From NCBI GenBank assembly GCA_031425235.1, contig JANPIZ010000003.1, forward strand, positions 1 to 62,445: a DNA stretch of 62,445 bases, in the 5' to 3' direction. Below are positions 38,912-46,820 of the stretch, piece by piece (the first letter of the stretch is position 1; every line of letters starts with the position of its first letter). A program made the translations under genes and the position numbers. Below the pieces are notes generated by a model, which was not told the DNA's origin, made no database searches, and worked only from the letters and a program-made list of their open reading frames with translations. The stretch comes from Candidatus Nomurabacteria bacterium. Its GTDB lineage: Bacteria; Patescibacteriota; Minisyncoccia; Phycocordibacterales; UBA9973.

Positions 38912-40186
38912 TTAGGGCTTTTCAGGTGGTGTCTCATTCTTGGGGACATCAACCCATTTAAGCTGATCCATGATCTTGTAATCTTTCACCTTTTCTCTAG
39001 CTCCAGCAAACCTATACCAAGGAAAGATGGAACGATTTTCTTTACCGTCTATTATTTCCACACCCTGTTGTGATTCGGTAAGTTTCTTAGGAGGCAAGAT
39101 ATCTTTGTTGTCTTCAAGCATAAAAATCTGACAATGTTCACCCTTACCGTAACGAGTAATAATTCTGGGTTTAATAATCCCTTTTCTTACCCACTTGTAA
39201 AAAGTAGGACCCTTAATATTAAATCTGCTTTCAATATCATATTTTGAATACCAGCTATCTTCGTCTTTTGCGACAGATGCAGGTATTTCTCCTTCATCAA
39301 TAGCTTTCTGGCAGACCAGACATTTGATGCCCCATTCGTCATACCAATTATCGCCTTCGGGAGTACCGTCGCCACATATAGCACAGCGATAACCCGCACC
39401 TTCAAGATGGAATCCTTTCGGATTTGCTTTTAGTTTTTCTGCACGAGCTTTATCCTTTTCTTTCATCTCGTCTACAAATTTTCCAAGTTGTTCCAATCTC
39501 CATTTTTCTTCCTGCCATTTTTTACCAGCTTCTTCTGTCAGACAAAAACGATCTCTATCTTCTGCAAATTTTTCATCAAACTCTTCCTCGTGTGCGGAAG
39601 TTTTTTCTATCTCACTCTTTTTAACATATCCGCATTCTGAATTTGTGCAGATATATTCTGTAATAAATTTTTCTTTAGTACTTGCATCCTTGCAATCAAG
39701 TTTTCCTTTGCAATTCGGACAAGGGTTCGGTTTCGATCTCCATTCTTCACCGTCTGAGAAAAATGCTCTTCTTGGTAGGCACTGATTAGGACAATCGTAC
39801 ATAAAAAACATTCTGTCTTCTTTTCCTTCTTCGGACCATAGATTTTTGAATGTTGGTTTTAGAAGATTGCGACAGGTTAGACAGCGTATATTTTCTGGTG
39901 CTTGTACTGTTTCATACAATTCGTCTTTTCTTTGGTCAGCATCCATCCATTTTTGGATTGTTTCCTCTTTATTTAAATATCTTTCGCCTGTTTGAAACAT
40001 CATACTCCAATCAAGAGCCATTTTTGACATAGCGTCAAGCATTTTCTGTGTTGGTTTTTTACCCTCAATCAATGGAGGATTTTTGATTGGCTCTGAATGA
40101 AGGCGTTCTAGGTCTCGGCATCGTTCAACGGTATGGCGGTCGTAGAGATCGATGTAATGTTGCTTGTCTTTAAGATGCTTTTCCAT
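38912..40186 (-). CDS. Hypothetical multi-zinc-ribbon protein with a C-terminal excisionase-like HTH
   Basis: CxxC pairs: CLTCRN, CPNQC, CPNCKGKLDC, CTNSECG, CAICGDG...CLVCQ. C-terminal FYKWVRKGIIKP. Confidence 0.5.
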   Translation of the reverse strand: MEKHLKDKQHYIDLYDRHTVERCRDLERLHSEPIKNPPLIEGKKPTQKMLDAMSKMALDWSMMFQTGERYLNKEETIQKWMDADQRKDELYETVQAPENIRCLTCRNLLKPTFKNLWSEEGKEDRMFFMYDCPNQCLPRRAFFSDGEEWRSKPNPCPNCKGKLDCKDASTKEKFITEYICTNSECGYVKKSEIEKTSAHEEEFDEKFAEDRDRFCLTEEAGKKWQEEKWRLEQLGKFVDEMKEKDKARAEKLKANPKGFHLEGAGYRCAICGDGTPEGDNWYDEWGIKCLVCQKAIDEGEIPASVAKDEDSWYSKYDIESRFNIKGPTFYKWVRKGIIKPRIITRYGKGEHCQIFMLEDNKDILPPKKLTESQQGVEIIDGKENRSIFPWYRFAGAREKVKDYKIMDQLKWVDVPKNETPPEKP

Positions 40187-40230
40187 AGGTTAATTATAGA
40201 AAATTTATTAAAGTTTTCCACCCCTCCACA

Positions 40231-40258
40231 TTGCACGCATATTGACGTTTGATATAAT
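40231..40258 (+). promoter_or_regulatory. Strong sigma-70 promoter with an extended -10
   Basis: TTGCAC, 16-nt spacer, TGaTATAAT. Confidence 0.55.
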
Positions 40259-40595
40259 GCGATTAGTTCTTTGAAGTTTTGTTGTTAACCTTTTGCGAAG
40301 GGACCCTTTATCATTAAAGAAGTCTGATTGTATTTGGTCCAACGAATGCTAATAAATCCTTGTTTTTGAAAGTAATGACTTAATACCGCCCTCAGAAGCG
40401 GGATGCCCTATAGTTCGGGCTTAAAACTGAATTAAAAGATCACCTACCCATTCAGGTATACGAATGTCACGCCCTATAGTTCTGGCAGATGAATTATCTA
40501 AAACCTAACCAAGGAGATTAGTGTGGAGTTGGTAAATCGGTAGTCGCTTTTTGCGTCTAGCTATTTGCCAATTCTACATTAGGTAACTAGAAAAG

Positions 40596-40616
40596 GCGGC
40601 TACCAAGCCGTTTTTT
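40596..40616 (+). terminator. Short intrinsic terminator/attenuator 36 nt upstream of the methyltransferase ATG
   Basis: cggct-acca-agccg followed by tttttt. An alternative 9-bp pairing is possible with ggtagtcgc at 40539-40547. Confidence 0.5.
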
Positions 40617-40651
40617 GTTTGCGCCTATTACTAGTTTAACTAAATAAAGTT

Positions 40652-41977
40652 ATGTCAGAAAAAATACAAATTGTGCATGTATCTGTTAGTGAGTTGCGAG
40701 CTTCTGAATATAATCCTCGTAAGTGGGATAAAGAAGCAGAGAGTCAGTTGAAAGAAAGTATTAAAAGGTTTGGGATAGTCGATCCGTTGCTTGTGAACTC
40801 AGCGGAAGAAAGAAAAAATATTGTTATCGGTGGGCATTTCAGATTGTCGGTGATAAAAGAGTTAGATATAGAAGAAGTTCCCGTTGTATATATTAACATT
40901 CCCGACATTGAAAAAGAAAAAGAGTTGAACATCAGACTTAATAAAAACACTGGAGAATTTGATTGGGACATCCTCAAAACATTCGACGAAACATTCTTGT
41001 CAGATATTGGTTTTACTTCCGAGGATATCGATAGCATCTTTGAAGAAGATAAAGTCGAGGAGCAATTCGATCTAAACAAAGAGCTAGCGAAATTAAACAT
41101 CGAAAAGATCACTGTCGAAAAGGGCGATGTGTATGATTTAGATGGTTCACGAATTATGTGTGGCGATAGTACAGTAGAAGCAGATATGTTGAAGCTATGC
41201 GGTGAACATAAAATAGACATGGTCATGACTGACCCGCCTTATATTTTGGACTATCTCCATGGAAAAAGTCGCCAAGGCAAAGCGACTGAGGGATTTGGTG
41301 CGAAGAAAAATCGTCGCTACCTTGAAACAGATATCTTGCCTGATAATTTTACAGAATTATGGATGGCAAATGTCCATAAAGTACAAGCCGATAACTTTTC
41401 CATTATTTGCTACGAGAACTGGAAGAACATCAGAATTATCTGGAACGAGATGGATAAATATTGGAAAGTGAAGAATATGCTCGTGTGGCATTTAGCCAAT
41501 CGAAACCAAGGATATGCGGGTAAGCATAAATTCTTTTCCAAATATGATATCGCCATGGTAGCAACCAGTAACCCACATGACGGTTTAAAGACTGAGCCAG
41601 AAGAAGAACTACTTGAGAATGAATACAACACCGCTTTGTTTGCTATCTCTGGTTCTCCGCAATGGGAAAGCTATGGCAAAGGCAAGAAGTACTGTCCCAC
41701 TGACCACATAGAGCATTTAGCGGCTGACGAAAAATCCTCAGGTCAAGCAATTATCTTCGGTACTAAACCACTTGAAATATTGATCCCATATATCAAAGTT
41801 CTAACTACTAGGGATCAACTCGTTCTTGAGCCATTTGGTGGGTCAGGTTCAACCTTGATTGCATCCATAAAGCTAAAACGTCGATGCTTTATTATGGAAA
41901 AATCTCCTGTTTATACAGAAGTTATTCTTAATCGTTGGGAGAAATTTACTGGTAAGAAAAGAGTTAAGTTATCTTAA
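40652..41977 (+). CDS. ParB-like nuclease domain fused to an N6/N4 DNA methyltransferase
   Basis: N-terminal ...YNPRKWDKEAESQLKESIKRFGIVDPLLVN...GGHFR (ParB/Srx fold), then MTDPPY and EPFGGSGSTLIA motifs. Confidence 0.85.
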   Translation: MSEKIQIVHVSVSELRASEYNPRKWDKEAESQLKESIKRFGIVDPLLVNSAEERKNIVIGGHFRLSVIKELDIEEVPVVYINIPDIEKEKELNIRLNKNTGEFDWDILKTFDETFLSDIGFTSEDIDSIFEEDKVEEQFDLNKELAKLNIEKITVEKGDVYDLDGSRIMCGDSTVEADMLKLCGEHKIDMVMTDPPYILDYLHGKSRQGKATEGFGAKKNRRYLETDILPDNFTELWMANVHKVQADNFSIICYENWKNIRIIWNEMDKYWKVKNMLVWHLANRNQGYAGKHKFFSKYDIAMVATSNPHDGLKTEPEEELLENEYNTALFAISGSPQWESYGKGKKYCPTDHIEHLAADEKSSGQAIIFGTKPLEILIPYIKVLTTRDQLVLEPFGGSGSTLIASIKLKRRCFIMEKSPVYTEVILNRWEKFTGKKRVKLS

Positions 41978-42523
41978 ATGAAGCATAATTATGAAAAATC
42001 AAAATTTCTTGAGGCTCTTCGTGAGTCTCCAGTTGTCGCGCGCGCCGCCAAAAAGGCAGGTATTTCCAAAGCCACCATTTACCGATGGATGAAGGATGTA
42101 CCTGACTTTAGGCGTGCAGTTAATTCGGCAATAAGAGAAGGCAATGCACATACTGGCGAAATGGTAGAGATGGTATTGGTAAAGAGAGCAATGGAGGGAA
42201 ATTTCAACGCAATGAAATTTTACTTAATTAACAACAATCCTAAATATGCCCCTAAGCGTACGATTGACCCCACTCCAATCTTCGTGCATAAACATGATGA
42301 TGAGTCAGAACCTTGCCAACTTTGTATTCGTGTAGAAGTTGAGCAACGATTTAAGAATAAAGTAATGCTACGAGAAATAAATCAAGAGATTGAAAGATTA
42401 GCAAATCCAAAAACAGAAGCGGATAGAAAGGAAGCCAAAGAATTTATGGACAAGGTTCTGGAAATGAGTAAAGAACAACGAAGGAGAGAGCAAGTAGATA
42501 AAGGGCTTGAAAGTATTATTTGA
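41978..42523 (+). CDS. HTH DNA-binding protein (phage terminase-small-subunit-like / homeodomain-like)
   Basis: VARAAKKAGISKATIYRWMKDVPDFRRAV. Its start abuts the methyltransferase stop. Confidence 0.55.
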   Translation: MKHNYEKSKFLEALRESPVVARAAKKAGISKATIYRWMKDVPDFRRAVNSAIREGNAHTGEMVEMVLVKRAMEGNFNAMKFYLINNNPKYAPKRTIDPTPIFVHKHDDESEPCQLCIRVEVEQRFKNKVMLREINQEIERLANPKTEADRKEAKEFMDKVLEMSKEQRRREQVDKGLESII

Positions 42524-43049
42524 TTTCAAAATCCCAATTGTCTTCGTATTCCTCAGCGAGGGGTGTCTTTATGTTATATTTTTCGCTCTTTAATCCTACA
42601 CGAAAGTTTCTCATAGTAACTGTCTTTACTTTTTTAGCTTCTTTCTTTTTTTCCTCGTGCCAGAATTTATTCTCTAGTGTTAGATAGTCTGCAACAACCC
42701 GTGCAGGGATTATGTAGAATTTGAATTGCTTGGTGTTTTGGCTTATGTTTACGAAACAATAAAATAAGTTAGCATCTTTTTTCTCGTCATACTTTTCATT
42801 CTTTTCATCTAATATCCAAGAGCTTAAGTAGTTTCCAAAAAGTTTTGATTTAACGATTTCTATGCGATTACTATAATTAGTTTTCACTTCCAACTTTAAC
42901 ATCCTGCCTGTATCTGGATCGGACACCAAGATATCGACTCCTTTTGTATTACCAAGAGTCATGTTTGCGTCTTTCCCACGCAAGGCTAGTTGTGATAGGA
43001 CTGCGAATTCTCCTGCGAGGGATACTCGTGATTTATTTATTTTTTCCAT
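42516..43049 (-). CDS. PD-(D/E)xK-type nuclease-fold protein (DUF4365-like)
   Basis: GEFAVLSQLALRG ... GVDILVSD ... LKLEVKT (D...ExK arrangement). Convergent with, and overlapping by 8 nt, the HTH gene. Confidence 0.5.
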   Translation of the reverse strand: MEKINKSRVSLAGEFAVLSQLALRGKDANMTLGNTKGVDILVSDPDTGRMLKLEVKTNYSNRIEIVKSKLFGNYLSSWILDEKNEKYDEKKDANLFYCFVNISQNTKQFKFYIIPARVVADYLTLENKFWHEEKKKEAKKVKTVTMRNFRVGLKSEKYNIKTPLAEEYEDNWDFEIK

Positions 43050-43145
43050 AGATTGTAGCGAGTTTTTAAAGTCTCAGTCAGATAGACAAAGAGCCCTCCG
43101 CCCGAGCGATGATCCGAAGACCATCCATACCAGTTTCCCGATATG

Positions 43146-43192
43146 ACTCGCTACAAGTACCCTGACGAAGGGTTCTTTATCTTGTAGCGAGT
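43146..43192. other. 12-bp stem hairpin; the arm sequence recurs at 43053-43066
   Basis: actcgctacaag ... cttgtagcgagt. ttgtagcgagtttt is also found directly upstream of the 42516-43049 start. Confidence 0.6.
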
Positions 43193-43334
43193 TTTATGAC
43201 CATATCCTTAGAGATTCTAAAGGGGTTAGGTCTCAACTTATTAATTTGTAATGAGATTATACCTCCTTTTTAGAGGCTTTGCCATACTACCTTAGATCAT
43301 GTGGGTTGTGTAGTCGAGTTACCAACAGGCGGTA

Positions 43335-43904
43335 TTAGTAAAAACTAACCCCGCTTTTCTTTAAACTGTTTCTAATCTCTAAGTAATCAGGCATTATTTT
43401 GGCAACTAAATTCCAAAATTTCCTTGAATGATTAAATTCTTTTAAATGGCATAGTTCGTGGACGATAATATAGTCAGCCAATCTTGGGGGCAATAAAGCT
43501 ATTTTATAATTAAAGTTTAAATTACCTTTTCTTGAACAACTACCCCAACGAGTTTTTTGATTCTTTATATTTATTTTATTAAATTTAAAACCACAAATTT
43601 GATTGTAATATTCAATACGTTGCTGGGCTAGGAACAATGCTCGATCTTTGTATTCCATGTATTCTTTTTTAGTGCTTTTCTTAAATACTTGTCCTGAAAT
43701 ACTTTTAAAGTATGCCATTTGATCAATAACCCATTGTGATTTTCGTATAATAAATTGCTCAATAATGTTATTAGTGATATTCCGTGGTGCTGTTACTATA
43801 AAATTTCCATCACAATAGATCGCAAGTCTCATTCGTTTTGCACGTTTGCTAATCTTAAGAGTGTAATCAATTTTCTGTTTATGAAGTTCTATATGTTTTT
43901 TCAT
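43335..43904 (-). CDS. YgjP/DUF45-family zinc metallopeptidase
   Basis: RWGSCSRKGNLNFNYKIALLPPRLADYIIVHELCHLKEFNH. Starts 2 nt after the hsdR stop. Confidence 0.8.
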   Translation of the reverse strand: MKKHIELHKQKIDYTLKISKRAKRMRLAIYCDGNFIVTAPRNITNNIIEQFIIRKSQWVIDQMAYFKSISGQVFKKSTKKEYMEYKDRALFLAQQRIEYYNQICGFKFNKINIKNQKTRWGSCSRKGNLNFNYKIALLPPRLADYIIVHELCHLKEFNHSRKFWNLVAKIMPDYLEIRNSLKKSGVSFY

Positions 43905-43906
43905 AC

Positions 43907-46819
43907 TTAGAATTTTTTAATTACCACATCAATAAGACGGTTGAGATATTTGTGGAAATCAGAAATCTTAATTTTATTCTTATAGTCTTTTAAAATAAGC
44001 TCTTGCAAGGTACGCTTTGCCTCCTTAATAAATTCTTCTCTTTTAGAAGAATCTTGCCATCCTTCGTCTAGGACATTTTCTAAACGTGAGGTCATTTCTT
44101 TAATGAATTCTTTTACAACATCTTTATCAGATTCGGTTAAAAATTCTTCTGAAATTACATAGAGGCCATATTCATGGAGTGTGTAGCCAAGTTCTTTTGC
44201 TTCTTCTGTCTTTGTCTTAATATCGTTAAGGAGTTCGTAATATCTTTTAATGCGTTCAGCAAGGTCAATTTGATGCTTCTCAAACTCTGCTCGGATAGCA
44301 ATCAATCGCTCCCCAAACCCCTTAAATGCTGGATGTGTATCAATGTTTATTGATATCTCACGCTTCAGCATTTTCTCAAGATTTAGTGCTTTTTCTTCTT
44401 CTGGAAGTTTATCTAGTTTATTTAGTGTCGCTAGATCATGAATATTTAACTCTCTGAAATTCTTGGTTATACCCTCATAGTCAATTTTGTCTTGAATAAG
44501 ACTTTTTATTTTTACACCATATTCAGCGAGTGAAAAAGCATCAATCCCTTCAGCTTGGAATTCCTTACTAAATGCAAGATAAAAACTAGTAACCCATTCA
44601 AACTTTCTAAGGTAATCAATCAAGAATGGATCAGGAGAAAGGATTTCAAATAACATCTTAAGGCGACCGTATTTATCTTTAAAGAATTGCTGTTTACTTT
44701 GATTATCAATAAATATTTTCAAGCATCTACGCAGATTATCGATTGAGGGATCTTCAATATTAACTCCCTCAAAAAGACTCATAACTTCGCTAAGTACTGT
44801 TATAAAGTCTTGTTTTAGTCGATCAATATTAATCATTGCACTATCGACAACACTTTCATCAAAATTGAGAGCATCGTACAGATTTTTAGTTACGCCATAG
44901 TAGTCGATAATCTTTCCACACCCTTTGTTCGGATATACTCGGTTTGTACGAGCAATAGCCTGAAGGAGATTGTGGTCTCTTAGTGGTTTGTCTAAATACA
45001 TAACTTGTTCAACTGGTGCATCAAAACCAGTTAAAAGCATATCGCAAACGAGCAGAAACTTTAGAGGGTGGTTGGGGTCTTTGAATTGTTCAATAACTTT
45101 CTCTCTTTTTTGTTTATTTGTATTATATTTTTTAAGGTCATCACTTTCACTATTAGGATCACCAGGAGAATAGACTACCTCTGACCATTCAGGCGGTACA
45201 AGTTTATCAAGTAAATCTTTATACTTTGCTGTTGCTTCTCGGTCATAGCAGACAATTTGTGCCTTGAAACCATTTGGAAGCACATAAAGCTTGTAATGTT
45301 CAACAATGTCTTGAATTACAGCTTCCATACGCTTGTCGAGTTTTACTAGTGCTTCTTTCTTTCCATATTTTTTAGTTAGAACTTCTTTTTGGGCAGTATT
45401 TAGATCATTTGTTAACTCATTAAATTGTTTGTCTACCTGTTCTTCGTCAATAAAAAACTTAGATAGTCGTGCCTCATAAGTTACTGGGAGAGTGGCACCG
45501 TCATCTATAGCTTGTTGAATAGAATAGTAATCTAAATATCTTTCACCATCTTCTCCGAAGTTTCTATGAGTATTAAGGGTTAACTTGTCGATCGGTGTTC
45601 CTGTGAATCCAAAGAAGAAAGCATCTCTGAATGCATTACGCATCTTGATAGCAGAAATTCCTTCATTATCTCGATGAGCTTCATCAGATAAAACTATGAC
45701 GTTACCTTCGATTTCTTCTATTTCTTCAAGCTCGCTGAATTTCTGAATAGTGGATATGAAGATACCTCTGTCTGCACCTTTAATCTTTTTCTCAAGGTCT
45801 TTGCGAGATTCAACACGAATCAAATTTTGTCCACCCCATGCGTCAAACTCTTCAAAAACTTGATCATCAAGATCAATGCGATCTATTAGAATAAATACTT
45901 TAGGATTTTTAAGTTCAGGATCGTAGCGAAGTTTCCACGCAGTAAAAAACATTGTAAGTGTTTTTCCAGATCCTTGTGTGTGCCAGATGAGTCCTTTTTT
46001 ATGATCACCACCCTTTACTCTATCAACCATCTTATTAGTAGCGTAAAATTGCTGATATCTAGTGATCTTTTTTGTGATACCGTCTTTTTTCTTTTCAAAT
46101 ACAATAAAGTTTTTGATGATATCAAGTAATTGTTCTTTACTTAATAGATAATGCAGAGTTGAATCTAGCTCATTTTCAAACAGTTTAGTTTCGATATGCG
46201 GATCTTCTCGCCAAGTAAGGAAATATTGTTTGGGAGCAAATGTAGTTCCATAAACAGTTTTAAGTCCATCGGTTGCAATATTGAAACAATTAGTCAGAAA
46301 CAACTTGGGTGCAACTCTTTCGTATCGCTTGATTTGATCGATAGCATTTTCAAAATTAACAGAACTAGAGGCAGTTGGGCTTTTTGCTTCAATATCGGAT
46401 ACAGGTAATCCATTAAGAAATACCAATACATCAGTTCTAATGTTTTCAGTAACTCCTTCAAAATAAAATTGATTAGTGATAACGAAGCGATTGTTCTCAT
46501 GATTATCAAAGTCCACTAGCTTATAATCACGACTTTTGCCAGTTTCTGGATCTTTTATATTTACTCCATTTCGTAATGCTAAAAGGAAAGCTTCATTGGT
46601 ATCAAGTTTCTTTACTTCTCGAACAATAGTCGAAGCGACATCTTCATTCACTTTGTTTATTGTTTGAACTGCCTCTAGTAAATGAGGGACAATGATATAT
46701 TCATTTTCAAATGAACGAAGTTTGGAAAATGCTTCAGCGGTAATATACTCATATCCAAGCTTTCCTTGCATGAATTTTATAATGTGATTTTCAATTGTGT
46801 ATTGTTCGTTGAATTTCAT
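43907..46819 (-). CDS. hsdR: Type I restriction enzyme R subunit
   Basis: 970 aa with helicase motif I (HTQGSGKTLTMFF), motif II (VLSDEAHR) and an HsdR-type N-terminal nuclease region. Confidence 0.9.
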   Translation of the reverse strand: MKFNEQYTIENHIIKFMQGKLGYEYITAEAFSKLRSFENEYIIVPHLLEAVQTINKVNEDVASTIVREVKKLDTNEAFLLALRNGVNIKDPETGKSRDYKLVDFDNHENNRFVITNQFYFEGVTENIRTDVLVFLNGLPVSDIEAKSPTASSSVNFENAIDQIKRYERVAPKLFLTNCFNIATDGLKTVYGTTFAPKQYFLTWREDPHIETKLFENELDSTLHYLLSKEQLLDIIKNFIVFEKKKDGITKKITRYQQFYATNKMVDRVKGGDHKKGLIWHTQGSGKTLTMFFTAWKLRYDPELKNPKVFILIDRIDLDDQVFEEFDAWGGQNLIRVESRKDLEKKIKGADRGIFISTIQKFSELEEIEEIEGNVIVLSDEAHRDNEGISAIKMRNAFRDAFFFGFTGTPIDKLTLNTHRNFGEDGERYLDYYSIQQAIDDGATLPVTYEARLSKFFIDEEQVDKQFNELTNDLNTAQKEVLTKKYGKKEALVKLDKRMEAVIQDIVEHYKLYVLPNGFKAQIVCYDREATAKYKDLLDKLVPPEWSEVVYSPGDPNSESDDLKKYNTNKQKREKVIEQFKDPNHPLKFLLVCDMLLTGFDAPVEQVMYLDKPLRDHNLLQAIARTNRVYPNKGCGKIIDYYGVTKNLYDALNFDESVVDSAMINIDRLKQDFITVLSEVMSLFEGVNIEDPSIDNLRRCLKIFIDNQSKQQFFKDKYGRLKMLFEILSPDPFLIDYLRKFEWVTSFYLAFSKEFQAEGIDAFSLAEYGVKIKSLIQDKIDYEGITKNFRELNIHDLATLNKLDKLPEEEKALNLEKMLKREISINIDTHPAFKGFGERLIAIRAEFEKHQIDLAERIKRYYELLNDIKTKTEEAKELGYTLHEYGLYVISEEFLTESDKDVVKEFIKEMTSRLENVLDEGWQDSSKREEFIKEAKRTLQELILKDYKNKIKISDFHKYLNRLIDVVIKKF

Positions 46820-46820
46820 A

